The position numbers and the translations under genes were made by a program. A stretch of DNA of 64,000 nucleotides, taken from positions 285,127 to 349,126 of the forward strand of contig CASFWA010000001.1 of the NCBI GenBank assembly GCA_949298405.1. Reading direction: 5' to 3'. The notes below the pieces were generated by a model that ran no database searches, had not been told where the DNA came from, and worked only from the letters and a program-made list of their open reading frames with translations. Shown piece by piece: positions 45,481 to 55,696 of this stretch. Within the stretch, counting starts at the first letter, position 1. Every line of letters begins with the position of its first letter. Source of the DNA: an uncultured Pseudomonadota bacterium (GTDB lineage Bacteria; Pseudomonadota; Alphaproteobacteria; Rs-D84).

Positions 45481-47985
45481 ATGAAAGTAAAAAATCTTTT
45501 TGGGTTTATGTCAGGGTTGATTGCGTGTGGTATGATAACAGGGGCCTATGCTTTGACTAGTACGACCGCCACAAAGCAATCTGCGATACAAAAGGGTACA
45601 ACGGTTAGGACTCGTGTTGCGGCTACCAGTTTGTATGATCAAGCCTGCTATGATGCTTATTTCGGATGTATGGATCAGTTCTGTATTACGGATAATTCTA
45701 ATGGTGGTAGTTGTACTTGCAGTGATGATAGTATTGAATATGAAAAAGAATTTGCAGAAATTCAGGCTATATTAGAAGAGGCTAATAGAATTAATACTGT
45801 GGAAGTTGAACGTGTAAAAGCGGGTGCAGATGCTGATATTATTTTTACTGGTGAACGTAGATATGATGCAGATGGTAATATAATAAGTGACAATGAGTTA
45901 ATAGAAGCAGAAAAAAAAGAACAAGAACGCGCAAGTTTGTTGGCTCTGTTCGAAAATACTTTATATACAGAAGATGATGTCTTTGAAGATACGGTTAGCA
46001 CAATAGCAGATAAAACAGGGGCAGAGTTATATAGTGCTGCACACGAACTATGTTATGCACAGGTTCCTGATTCTTGTGCAGGTGATATAGAATTTTTACG
46101 TCAATTATATGCAAGACAAATAACTTCTGATTGTTTGGGCTTTAAAAATACTTTGACGGAAAAAAGAGCCGCGGCAGAACTTGAACTGGCAAATGCGGAG
46201 TCTGCTGTTAGAAATGCTTTGAAAGAAAGTTTCGAAGAAGCGAATAAATATGACCTTGGTCAGTGTATGGTTGAGTTTAAAAAATGTATGCAGACAGAAG
46301 ATGCCTGCGGAGAAAACTGGGAAAATTGTGTTTCTACTATCGCTTCTGAAAATATGCAGAATAATGAAGCTGTTAGTACTGCAGGAACAAAGGTTAAAAC
46401 GGTTGAAACTTATGATATAACTGCGTCTACGATGGAAATACTGGAAGCGAAACGAACAATTTGTGAATCCGTTTTGGATAATTGTGTCGCAGTTCGTGAT
46501 ATGGTTTGGCCAAGTTTTTTAAGAGAAGCGGCACCAACAATAAATGTTGCAGAAATGCAGGCAGAATCAAAATTCCGCCAGTCTTGCTTAACTAACATCT
46601 CAAATTGTATTCAGAATGCGTGTAGAGATGATATTGCAGGGAAGGGTATCGCAACTATGGACGCTTGTTTATCTAGACCTGATATGGCGCGTAGTTTCTG
46701 TAAGGTTGAAATTGACCCTTGTGAACGTATGGAACCTTTAATCTGGGGATATGTGGAAGATAAATTAGCCGCAATGAGAGTCGATGCTTGTACACAAGAA
46801 GTTAAAGATTGTTTTACTGCGGATACAAGGTGCGGTAAAGATTTTGAAAATTGTATAGGTATGGATTATGATTATATAAAAAATATTTGTCCATTGGATT
46901 CTTTGGTAGTTTGTAAAGCTAATAACCCAGATTTTTCAATGGATGATTTGGACAGTATGTTGATGGGTTTATATCTGAATATCGATAATGCTGCTATGGA
47001 ACAATGTCAGAATTTGGTTGACCAAAAAATGGCCGAGGTTTGTGGCAGTACAACAGACTGTAATAGGTTTGCCGCAGATGATACTATTGGGACAGGCTCT
47101 TTGCGTTCACAGAAAGATGGTACTACATATCGTGTGACTGGTATGATTTCTTTCGGTAGTATAAAAATGGGTGATGCGGCAGGAACTGTTATAGATGATG
47201 GTGAAGGTGGACGTGTCACATTAGAACCTGGTGAAATTGGTGTTCAAGAATACCTTGCAAAAGTTCGTGCAAATAATTCAGGGGTTGCAAATTCTGAAGC
47301 AATTATTTCTTCTATTGAAGAAGAGTTGAATAATATTGCAGGAACGATAAATCGTACAATTACTATGATAGAACAAGACCCAGAAATACAATATTGTGTA
47401 AATGGGCGTGATTTATCACAGATAACTGGAAAAGCAGGTGAAAAAACTTCTGGGCGGTTCCCAAATCTGCTGAATCAGGTTAAAATGCAAATCGCGGTCG
47501 CTGCTTTGCGTCAAGCGCAAGATAATTATAATGCAAAGTTAAATTATGAGGTCGCAGAGGCAACTAAAAATGCGTCTACTGATTTAGCACAGTATATGTG
47601 TCAAAAGATTGCAGAAAATGGTGGTGCTGGTAGCGGCGACGTCATCGCATCTACACCATTAACCGCTCCTTATGCAATTAGTTATGATGTCGGATCCGGC
47701 TTGTCTACAGAAGATTTAACAAAAGGTGGTGCAGGTGTTTTGCAGGCTGGTGGTGTGACATTTAAAAATAGCGGATATTTGGGTGGTGCTAGCATGAGTG
47801 GTGGTGGTATGACCAAAGAAGTCACAGCAATATTTAGTCGTGATACAAGAACTTGCCATATCTGTACAACTGTGACTGTGGAAAATTGCAAAACAACAGG
47901 TAGTAGCAGTTGGTTCCATAATAGTAGAAATACAAGTTGTACGACCGAAGTAGCAAAATCTGAATGCGAAGATATTGTTATGTGA
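45481..47985 (+). CDS. large secreted cysteine-rich coiled-coil protein (family member P4, collinear with P1)
   Basis: Signal peptide MKVKNLFGFMSGLIACGMITGAYA; CYDAYFGCMDQFC...SCTCS; ACGENWENC; RCGKDFENC; G-rich segment; CHIC tail. ORF track start 45466 is TTG. Confidence 0.85.
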   Translation: MKVKNLFGFMSGLIACGMITGAYALTSTTATKQSAIQKGTTVRTRVAATSLYDQACYDAYFGCMDQFCITDNSNGGSCTCSDDSIEYEKEFAEIQAILEEANRINTVEVERVKAGADADIIFTGERRYDADGNIISDNELIEAEKKEQERASLLALFENTLYTEDDVFEDTVSTIADKTGAELYSAAHELCYAQVPDSCAGDIEFLRQLYARQITSDCLGFKNTLTEKRAAAELELANAESAVRNALKESFEEANKYDLGQCMVEFKKCMQTEDACGENWENCVSTIASENMQNNEAVSTAGTKVKTVETYDITASTMEILEAKRTICESVLDNCVAVRDMVWPSFLREAAPTINVAEMQAESKFRQSCLTNISNCIQNACRDDIAGKGIATMDACLSRPDMARSFCKVEIDPCERMEPLIWGYVEDKLAAMRVDACTQEVKDCFTADTRCGKDFENCIGMDYDYIKNICPLDSLVVCKANNPDFSMDDLDSMLMGLYLNIDNAAMEQCQNLVDQKMAEVCGSTTDCNRFAADDTIGTGSLRSQKDGTTYRVTGMISFGSIKMGDAAGTVIDDGEGGRVTLEPGEIGVQEYLAKVRANNSGVANSEAIISSIEEELNNIAGTINRTITMIEQDPEIQYCVNGRDLSQITGKAGEKTSGRFPNLLNQVKMQIAVAALRQAQDNYNAKLNYEVAEATKNASTDLAQYMCQKIAENGGAGSGDVIASTPLTAPYAISYDVGSGLSTEDLTKGGAGVLQAGGVTFKNSGYLGGASMSGGGMTKEVTAIFSRDTRTCHICTTVTVENCKTTGSSSWFHNSRNTSCTTEVAKSECEDIVM

Positions 47986-48057
47986 TTATATCTTTTTGTA
48001 TTAACTTTTCAGTCCTCGCGGTTATTCGCGAGGGTTGATTTATATATAGGATAAAAA

Positions 48058-48900
48058 ATGAATGCAGAAAATTTAAATATAGAAACTGATAGTTTGGAAA
48101 CCATTATAAAATCTTTGGGGCAATTGGCCGTTGATTTCGGTGTTAAACTAATTGCTGCAATTTTAATACTTATTTTTGGTATGTGGCTTGCAAATAGATT
48201 AACAAGAGGACTTAAAAATTTAATGGAACAACGTAAAATGGATGGTTCTTTGCAATCATTCTTTGTTTCATCTGCAAATATATTGCTAAAAATTTTGGTG
48301 GTCATTGTTGTATTGACTACGGTCGGAGTGCATATGACTTCTATTATCGCTGTACTTGGTGCGGCTTCTTTGGCGGTTGGTATGGCTTTATCTGGTACTT
48401 TGCAAAATGTTGCGGGGGGAATAGTTATTCTGATGTTTAAACCTTTTAAAGTGGGTGATGTAATAGAAATTGGTACAGGTGAAAGTGGCGTAGTGAAAAA
48501 AATAATGATTTTCACAACAGAAGTTCAGACATTTGACAATCAAATAGTCTTCTTCCCAAATTCGTCACTGTCAAATGGTGTTATAACAAATTTGTCCAGG
48601 GGGGATATAAGAAGAACAGATTTAAAAATAGGTATTGCTTATGGAACTAAAATAGAAACTGCTAGAAAGATTTTGTTAAGTATTTTAGAAAAAGAAAAGA
48701 GAATTTTAAAAAATAAATTACCAGAAGTTTTTATTAGTGATTTAGGTGATAGTGCAGTTGTTTTAACTATAAGATATTGGACCAAATTTGAAGATTTATA
48801 TGCGGTAAAGTCGGATGTATTAGAGAAAATTTATAAAGAATTACCTGCTAAAAAAATAGATTTTCCATTCCAACAGATGGATGTAAGAATTATAAAATAA
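48058..48900 (+). CDS. small-conductance mechanosensitive channel (MscS family)
   Basis: 3 TM helices, then FKVGDVIEI...GVVKKIMIFTTEVQTFDNQIVFFPNS, a typical MscS beta domain. Confidence 0.85.
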   Translation: MNAENLNIETDSLETIIKSLGQLAVDFGVKLIAAILILIFGMWLANRLTRGLKNLMEQRKMDGSLQSFFVSSANILLKILVVIVVLTTVGVHMTSIIAVLGAASLAVGMALSGTLQNVAGGIVILMFKPFKVGDVIEIGTGESGVVKKIMIFTTEVQTFDNQIVFFPNSSLSNGVITNLSRGDIRRTDLKIGIAYGTKIETARKILLSILEKEKRILKNKLPEVFISDLGDSAVVLTIRYWTKFEDLYAVKSDVLEKIYKELPAKKIDFPFQQMDVRIIK

Positions 48901-48979
48901 ATTTTATAAAAATTTATTCCTAGACATTTAGTAGAATAAATGTGATAAAGTGTATGTTATAAACATAAAGGAGTTCAAT

Positions 48980-49357
48980 ATGAAAAAAATTTCAATTATG
49001 GCTGCAATTTGTTCTTTGATGGTGGGCGGTGCTTATGCTGATTTTCAGCCAAATATGCCACAAAAGGTATCTCCAATGGGTGGTTTCGTAGGTGGAACTG
49101 AAAATATTGCGACTGTTAGTCAGGTAAAAGAAATGCGCGATGATGTTCCTGTAATTGTAAAAGGTCATATTGTTCAGCGTATGGGGAATGAAAAATATTT
49201 GTTTGAAGATTCTACTGGGTCAATAACTGTTGAAATAGATAAGGAAGATTGGCGCGGACAAACTGTCACTCCATCTGATAATGTAAAACTTTATGGTGAA
49301 GTTGATGCAGGGTGGTTTAATACTGAAATAGATGTTGATTATGTAGAAAAAATATAA
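48980..49357 (+). CDS. YgiW/YdeI (BOF) family periplasmic OB-fold protein
   Basis: Signal peptide; ...VIVKGHIVQRMGNEKYLFEDSTGSITVEIDKEDW...; RBS AAAGGAG before ATG 48980. Confidence 0.75.
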   Translation: MKKISIMAAICSLMVGGAYADFQPNMPQKVSPMGGFVGGTENIATVSQVKEMRDDVPVIVKGHIVQRMGNEKYLFEDSTGSITVEIDKEDWRGQTVTPSDNVKLYGEVDAGWFNTEIDVDYVEKI

Positions 49358-49440
49358 TCTTTCTAGTTTATTTCGTTTTTATTGCACCGATTTTTATCGG
49401 TGCTTTTTTATATAAAAATACTGCCCAAAAGGCAGTATTT

Positions 49441-50553
49441 TTATCTGTTTGTTAATTGTAATTCGATTCGTCTATTCTTTTGCAGACTTGCTTGGTCGGT
49501 GCCCAGTTCAACAGGATGTAAGTCACCAAAACCACTAGGTACTAAGCGACGTTTTGATACGCCTGCCTTGGCCAATTCTTCGGCAACTGCATTTGCACGT
49601 AATAAAGATAATTCCATGTTATTTGAATATCCTTTTGTCCCAGGAACTACTTTCTGTCTATCTGTATGACCATCTATGCGGATAATCCAGTTAACATCTG
49701 TTGGGATTTTATTTTCTAAATCTTTTATTACATTCGCAATTAAACGTAATTGATTTTTTCCTTCTGGTGACAGTTTGTATGAACCGCTACCAAATAGAAT
49801 GTCACTGGATACTATGAAACGGTCACCATCTGGTTGAATATATGCGCCGTCACCCAAAGCCGTCTTTATCGCTTTATAAAACTCAGATTGATATTGTGAG
49901 ACTTTGTTCAATTCTGCAACTTTATCAGCCAAGGCTTTATTCAAACGTGAAGACATTTCTACATATTGAATATCTTTTTCATGGGCTTTTTCTTCTGCCG
50001 CATCTAATGCAGCTTGCAATTTTGTTAATTGTTCTGCTAAAGATGCTCGTTGCGCTTCCATTTGACTTTGTAGGGCACGACGTTCTTGTTCTAATTCTGC
50101 TGTTTTCTGTTTGTCCAAGGTCGCTTGGTTTAATTGCTGGGTTAATTCTGCAACCTGATTCTGTAAATCTATACCCTGAGTTTGCAATTCGGCGACTTTT
50201 GCTTCATATTCAGAAACAAGTTCGTCCATACTGATATTTACTTGCTGCAATTCATTCGTTAATTTGGTGTTGCTATTACCTAAATTTTCTAATTCTGCAC
50301 GTGCTAAAATCAGCAAGCGTTTTGCTTCTTCCTCGTCCGCGGTCATTTGTAATATTTTTTGTGCTTGTTCAGCATTTGCTTGTTTTAAGTCAGAAACTAC
50401 TTTGGCACCTGTGTTTTTATTAAATACACTGGTCGTAGTCCATAAAAAGACAAAAACAATTAATAAAAATATCAAAATTATGACCAAATTTGAAAATAAG
50501 TCCACAAACGCTGGCCATGTGTTTGTTTTTTCTCGAAAACGAATGTTTAACAT
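49441..50553 (-). CDS. MotB/OmpA-family protein with a long coiled-coil linker
   Basis: N-terminal plug/TM WPAFVDLFSNLVIILIFLLIVFVF (conserved Asp); heptad-rich linker of about 180 aa; C-terminal OmpA-like domain (IDGHTD...LSLLRANAV...NRRIEL). Confidence 0.8.
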   Translation of the reverse strand: MLNIRFREKTNTWPAFVDLFSNLVIILIFLLIVFVFLWTTTSVFNKNTGAKVVSDLKQANAEQAQKILQMTADEEEAKRLLILARAELENLGNSNTKLTNELQQVNISMDELVSEYEAKVAELQTQGIDLQNQVAELTQQLNQATLDKQKTAELEQERRALQSQMEAQRASLAEQLTKLQAALDAAEEKAHEKDIQYVEMSSRLNKALADKVAELNKVSQYQSEFYKAIKTALGDGAYIQPDGDRFIVSSDILFGSGSYKLSPEGKNQLRLIANVIKDLENKIPTDVNWIIRIDGHTDRQKVVPGTKGYSNNMELSLLRANAVAEELAKAGVSKRRLVPSGFGDLHPVELGTDQASLQKNRRIELQLTNR

Positions 50554-50580
50554 TTGTTTTTCCCTCTCGCTTAATATTTT

Positions 50581-51342
50581 TTATAATTCTGAAACTGTTT
50601 TTTGCAGTTCTTGAATATTTTTATTTATTTCTTTTGCGGCTGTATTTATCGTTTCTGTTGTGTCTGGAATTACAGGAGTTGTATGAGCAGATAAATAATC
50701 TTCTAGTTCATTAAATATCGCATTCTGGGCCAGTTGAACCTGTAAACCTAAAAAGCCAATCATCAGACTGCCTGCAAGCCCCATTAATGAACTTGTAAAT
50801 GCAGTTGCCATACCTGATAAAGGTTTAGATAAGCCTTCTTGCATAACACTTAGTACAGCAGCGTCATCAAAGTTCAGACTGCCGATTAAATCCGCAAAAC
50901 CACCAACTGTAATTATCAATCCCCAAAAAGTACCCAATAACCCTAAGAAAATAAGAGTGTTGGTTATGTATCTGATTGATTCACGTGAATCTTCAAAGCG
51001 CATCAAAATCATATCCAACATGCTTTGTAGGGTTGCAGTAGATATTCTTGTCGGGCGAGCACGTAAAATTAATGCAACAGGTCTTAATAACCGAGGTGGA
51101 AGTTCAACATTCCTTTTACCCCTGAAATAAGCACTTGCCCATCTATATTCTGGTAATAATTTAAATATTTCTATGAAACTTAGACCAATACCAAACAGGG
51201 TTGTACCAATAATTATTCCATTTAAGAATATGTTTGCGCTGGCTATACGCAAAAATGGTTCATAAAACAAAATTAAACCTGCTGCAAGTAAAGCAGTAAA
51301 AAATGCCATACGATTAAGTGTTCTATGAAACTGATTTGTCAT
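50581..51342 (-). CDS. MotA/TolQ/ExbB proton-channel family protein
   Basis: LIFLGLLGTFWGL ... GMATAFTSSLMGLAGSL signature; directly upstream of the MotB-like gene. Confidence 0.8.
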   Translation of the reverse strand: MTNQFHRTLNRMAFFTALLAAGLILFYEPFLRIASANIFLNGIIIGTTLFGIGLSFIEIFKLLPEYRWASAYFRGKRNVELPPRLLRPVALILRARPTRISTATLQSMLDMILMRFEDSRESIRYITNTLIFLGLLGTFWGLIITVGGFADLIGSLNFDDAAVLSVMQEGLSKPLSGMATAFTSSLMGLAGSLMIGFLGLQVQLAQNAIFNELEDYLSAHTTPVIPDTTETINTAAKEINKNIQELQKTVSEL

Positions 51343-51449
51343 GCAATCTCTCTTTTATATATAAATGATAGTAAATTTTAATAATTTAAGTCAATAGGGA
51401 TTATTAAGAAACTTATTGCATTTATATGATTGATTCTTTTAGAAAATAC

Positions 51450-51478
51450 TTGATTTTGTCAAATTTTTTTGCATAATT
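51450..51478 (+). promoter_or_regulatory. sigma70-like promoter (TTGATT-17-ATAATT) for rpsF-rpsR-rplI
   Basis: Hexamers read directly, about 58 nt upstream of rpsF. Confidence 0.4.
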
Positions 51479-51535
51479 GATGGCGTTCCTGCTGATGACA
51501 TGGGGTCGTCGGCTGTTAAGACCAAAGGAAAAAAA

Positions 51536-51874
51536 ATGGCTTATTATGAAAGCGTCTTGGTTTTCCGCCAGGACTTGACTGAACCGCAGGTTAAAGAAAA
51601 AGCGGCAAAATTTACTGAAATTATTAAAGAACTGGGTGGCGATGTTAAATCCACAGAATTCTGGGGATTGAAAAATTTGGCATATGTTATCCGTAAAAAT
51701 CGTAAGGCACATTACGTTATGTTAAATATCGAATTGCCAGGTGATAAAGTTGCAGAATTAGAACGTCGTTCTCGTATTGATGAAGATGTTATCCGTTTCT
51801 TGAACGTTCGTGTTGATGAATTAGCAACAACACCATCCATAATGATGAAAAAGAATAATGAAGAGGTTGAATAA
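51536..51874 (+). CDS. rpsF: 30S ribosomal protein S6
   Basis: [14 protein letters not shown]...; start set to ATG 51536. Confidence 0.93.
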   Translation: MAYYESVLVFRQDLTEPQVKEKAAKFTEIIKELGGDVKSTEFWGLKNLAYVIRKNRKAHYVMLNIELPGDKVAELERRSRIDEDVIRFLNVRVDELATTPSIMMKKNNEEVE

Positions 51875-52101
51875 TGGCAGTTCGTGCAGCAATTTATCGT
51901 AAAAAATCTAACCCTTTAAAGGGAAAGGTTATTGATTATAAAGATATAAAAACTTTGTCTCATTATATCACAGAACGTGGTAAAATCGTTCCAAGTCGTA
52001 TAAGTGGCGTTTCTCAGAAAGATCAACGTGAATTAGCAACTGCTATTAAACGTGCACGTCATCTGGGCTTGCTACCATTCGTTCGTAACAATTTAGGCTA
52101 A
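51874..52101 (+). CDS. rpsR: 30S ribosomal protein S18
   Basis: TAATG overlap with rpsF; [26 protein letters not shown]. Confidence 0.95.
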   Translation: MAVRAAIYRKKSNPLKGKVIDYKDIKTLSHYITERGKIVPSRISGVSQKDQRELATAIKRARHLGLLPFVRNNLG

Positions 52102-52149
52102 AAATTTTAATATTTGGGATTAATTCTCTAACTTGAAAAAGGACAGATT

Positions 52150-52734
52150 ATGAAAGTTATTTTGACAGAAAAAGTTACTAAATTAGGTAATATCGGTGAC
52201 ACGGTTGAAGTAAAAACTGGGTTCGCACGTAATTATTTGTTGCCAAATGGCAAGGCTATGCGCTGGACACGTGAAAATGTTGCGTTGTTTGAAGCAAAGA
52301 AAGCAGAATTGCAGGCTCGTCAGGATGCTGCAAAGAAAAATGCAGAAGCAAATGTAGATGCAGTAAAAAATGCAAAATTGTACATGATTCGTCAGGCTGG
52401 TGATACAGGTCAGTTGTATGGTTCTGTATCAACACGTGATATTGCACGCACATTGAAAGAAGTTGCAGGCGTAAATGTCGAATCTGCACAGGTTTTGTTA
52501 GGCAGCCCAATTAAATCTATCGGTGCTTTTGATACAAAAATTGCTTTGCACCCAGATGTAATTGTTCCTGTAAAAATCTATGTCGCACAGACACAAGATG
52601 AAATCGAAGCTTTGGTTGCGGGTAAAGTATTGACTTTTGGTACAAAAAAAGTTGAAGAAGAATCAGAAGCAGAAGATAAATCTGAAGAAAAGAAAGATGA
52701 AAAATCTGAAGAAAAAGTTGCAGATGCAGAATAA
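52150..52734 (+). CDS. rplI: 50S ribosomal protein L9 with acidic C-terminal tail
   Basis: MKVILTEKVTKLGNIGDTVEVKTGFARNYLLP. Confidence 0.95.
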   Translation: MKVILTEKVTKLGNIGDTVEVKTGFARNYLLPNGKAMRWTRENVALFEAKKAELQARQDAAKKNAEANVDAVKNAKLYMIRQAGDTGQLYGSVSTRDIARTLKEVAGVNVESAQVLLGSPIKSIGAFDTKIALHPDVIVPVKIYVAQTQDEIEALVAGKVLTFGTKKVEEESEAEDKSEEKKDEKSEEKVADAE

Positions 52735-52831
52735 GATTTTTCTGATTTTGAATAAAACCTGCCCAAGGGCAGGTTTTATTTTTATAATCTATATTGATAA
52801 ATATTATTTATAATGTTATAGAATAAACTTT

Positions 52832-53491
52832 ATGAAATTAGAAACAGTTGGTATTTTAATTGCTTTGAAACCTTTGGGTGAACGCGATTCGGTGGCACAC
52901 GTTTTTACTTATGACTATGGGTTATTAGTTGGGATGATGCGCGGGGCGCAAGTAGCTAGAAAAAATAAGCCTTTAATAGGTCAATTAGGAGCCGTTTCTT
53001 GGAATGCAAGACTTGATTCTCAGTTAGGTGCTTTCCATTGGGAAGCTGAAAAAAATCTGGTTGCAAGCAGTATGTCTTCACAAATGTCTTTAGATTTTAT
53101 AAATAGTTCTTTTGAACTGATTGATTCTTTGTTACCAGAAAGAGAAAAATATGAATATTTATATGAAGCAACAATAGATTTTATGAAAAAAACGCAAGAA
53201 GGTAATTTGAAATATTCCTATTTAATGTGGGAGGTTTGCTTGCTAAGGGAATTGGGATATGCATTAGATTTAAGTCGTTGCTCGGGTTGCGGAACAAGGG
53301 AAAATTTAAATTATTTGTCACCAAAAACAGGCAGGGCAGTTTGTGATGCTTGTGCCGAACCTTATATTGACAAAGTATATAAACTTCCTTTGTCGCTTGA
53401 AATAACAGGTTGTTTTTTGCAGAAGGTTTGTGATAGTCAAGGTATAGTTTTACCTTTCTCAAGAAAAATTTTGACTGAAAAATATTTATGA
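52832..53491 (+). CDS. recO: DNA repair protein RecO
   Basis: OB-fold N-terminus and CSGCG...CDAC zinc motif; typical size. Confidence 0.8.
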   Translation: MKLETVGILIALKPLGERDSVAHVFTYDYGLLVGMMRGAQVARKNKPLIGQLGAVSWNARLDSQLGAFHWEAEKNLVASSMSSQMSLDFINSSFELIDSLLPEREKYEYLYEATIDFMKKTQEGNLKYSYLMWEVCLLRELGYALDLSRCSGCGTRENLNYLSPKTGRAVCDACAEPYIDKVYKLPLSLEITGCFLQKVCDSQGIVLPFSRKILTEKYL

Positions 53492-53568
53492 TTTTTTGTT
53501 TATTTTTTCTTGCACTTTGCGGATTTTTTGACTATTGTTAATTCGTTCAACAGAAAAGGAGAAAGACT

Positions 53569-54396
53569 ATGACTTGGACAATTTTGGTTCTAGTAGTTGG
53601 TATTCTTCTGTTCATGTTTGGTGGCATGATGTTGCCAAAAGGTGACGGGAAAAAACCTTCTGCAAAAAATATCGTATTACACAAATCTATCAAATTGATT
53701 TCAATCATTTTGATTTCTGGCAGTATCTGCCGCTTGTATGTTCCATATTATTTGACTGCGGTAAATCCTATTATCGTTCAGGAAATGGTAAACGGTATGC
53801 AAGAACAGCAGCAGGCTGAAAAAAATAAACAAATTCGCAAAATGGTTCGCTCTGAAGGCGAAAAAATGATGGCTGATGCACCTGTATTGGGTAATCGCGA
53901 TGCGAAAAAAACAATTTATGTTTGGACAGATTTCTCTTGCCCATACTGCCGCCGTGTACACGGGGAATTGGATAGAGTTTTGTCAGAACGTGACGATGTT
54001 CGCGTAGTTGTAAAGAATTTCTCTATTCATGGTCCTTTGTCTGATGGTCCTGCAAAAGCAGTTATCGCTGCTAAATTACAGAGCCCAGAAAAAGCAGCAA
54101 AATTAACAGATATGTTAATGACACGCGAATTCTATACTCAGGACGATTTGAAAGATCAGTCAAAAATTGCTGAAAAAGTTGAAGCAAATGTTATGAAAAT
54201 GGCAGAAGAAGCAGGTTTGGATACTGCAAAGTTGAAAGAAGATATGAACGGTGAAGTAGTTGCTCGTGAATTGAGAAACGTTCGTGACTTGGCTCAGCAG
54301 TTCGAAATCAGCGGTACACCATTCTTAATCATCGGTGAACAAGCATTCCCAGGTGCAATACCTTATGCTCAGATTAACGATGCTTTGAATGATTAA
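53569..54396 (+). CDS. membrane-anchored DsbA-family thiol:disulfide oxidoreductase
   Basis: N-terminal TM; WTDFSCPYCRRVH (CxxC); C-terminal ...GTPFLIIG. Confidence 0.8.
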   Translation: MTWTILVLVVGILLFMFGGMMLPKGDGKKPSAKNIVLHKSIKLISIILISGSICRLYVPYYLTAVNPIIVQEMVNGMQEQQQAEKNKQIRKMVRSEGEKMMADAPVLGNRDAKKTIYVWTDFSCPYCRRVHGELDRVLSERDDVRVVVKNFSIHGPLSDGPAKAVIAAKLQSPEKAAKLTDMLMTREFYTQDDLKDQSKIAEKVEANVMKMAEEAGLDTAKLKEDMNGEVVARELRNVRDLAQQFEISGTPFLIIGEQAFPGAIPYAQINDALND

Positions 54397-54526
54397 TTCT
54401 GATTGATTGCAAATTAAATACTCGCCATAATTTGGCGAGTATTTTTTGTTATATTTTTTTGTGTGAACATAAAAAAGTATTTTACTAAAAAAATATCCCA
54501 CTATTTAATGGGATATTTTTTATTCT

Positions 54527-55696
54527 TTATTTATCTTCTAGAATTGCAATGCCTGGTAAAGTGCGGCCTTCAATGAATTCTAAGAATGCGCCACCACCAG
54601 TTGACACATATGTTATGTCATCTTTTACCCCGCACGCTTCTAGGGCAGCAACAGTATCACCCCCACCAACGATACTTTCTAATTTACCTGCACGTGTTTG
54701 TTCGGCGATTGCTTTCGCCAAAGCAAAAGAACCGTATGACCATGTTGGCATCCATTCTGCCATACCGACTGTACCGTTCCAGATGACTGTCGCGGCAGAA
54801 CGTATTATCTCTACATCGCGTTTGGTTGTTTCTTCCCCTGCGTCAATTATTACATCGTCATCTTCTATTTCATTAAAGTTTTTATTTGCGCGTTTGGCAT
54901 CGCGAGTAAACTCTTTTGCAACACCTTTATCTAATGGTAATAAAACTTCACAATCGTTTTGTTTCGCATATTCCAAAATTTCTAATGCGGTATCTTTTTG
55001 GTCTGCTTCGTATAAAGAATTTCCTACCTTTCCACCCAGTGCGTAATTAAATGTTGTGCCCAGTGCGCCTCCTATGATTAGTTTATCTGATAATTTTGCC
55101 AGTGCTTTTAATACGCCTATTTTGGTTGATACCTTGCTGCCTGCAACTATTGAGAGCAGGGGGCGTTTCGGGTTCTCCATAACCTGACTTAAATGTGATA
55201 TTTCTGATGCTAATAGTTTACCCGCATAAGAAGGTAAAATTTCTGCCACGCCAACTGTACTTGCGTGCGCACGATGTGATACTGCAAATGCATCATTTAC
55301 AAAAATATCAAAACCTTTTGCTAATTCCGCAGAAAAGGCAGGGTCATTCGCTTCTTCACCAGGATAAAAACGTACATTTTCAAGTAAAACAATATCGCCG
55401 TCCTTCATGTCTTTCATAAAATCTTTATCAAGGCAGTCAGAAATTAAAGGTATTTTCATATATTCTGCAATTGGTGCCAAACTATATTCTATATTTCTTG
55501 TGCCTTTGGGACGACCAAGGTGTGCACAAATTGCAATTTTTGCGCCAGATTTTTTTAAGTACTCTATTGTTGGCATACTTTGTTGGATTCTGAATGCGTC
55601 AGTGATTTTACCGTCTACTATTTGAACATTGAAGTCATCGCGTAATAAAACAAATTTTCCGCGAACATCAATATTAGTAATCGTTCTTAGTTCCAT
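54527..55696 (-). CDS. pgk: phosphoglycerate kinase
   Basis: VLLRDDFNV, AHLGRPKG, STGGGAFLEF motifs. Confidence 0.95.
   Translation of the reverse strand: MELRTITNIDVRGKFVLLRDDFNVQIVDGKITDAFRIQQSMPTIEYLKKSGAKIAICAHLGRPKGTRNIEYSLAPIAEYMKIPLISDCLDKDFMKDMKDGDIVLLENVRFYPGEEANDPAFSAELAKGFDIFVNDAFAVSHRAHASTVGVAEILPSYAGKLLASEISHLSQVMENPKRPLLSIVAGSKVSTKIGVLKALAKLSDKLIIGGALGTTFNYALGGKVGNSLYEADQKDTALEILEYAKQNDCEVLLPLDKGVAKEFTRDAKRANKNFNEIEDDDVIIDAGEETTKRDVEIIRSAATVIWNGTVGMAEWMPTWSYGSFALAKAIAEQTRAGKLESIVGGGDTVAALEACGVKDDITYVSTGGGAFLEFIEGRTLPGIAILEDK

Noticed and set aside
49441-51342. Zorya-type anti-phage system (ZorAB).
   Set aside because: The MotA-like protein is short (253 aa) and lacks the long ZorA tail. 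The coiled coil is on the MotB-like partner. No ZorC/ZorD/ZorE-like genes are adjacent.
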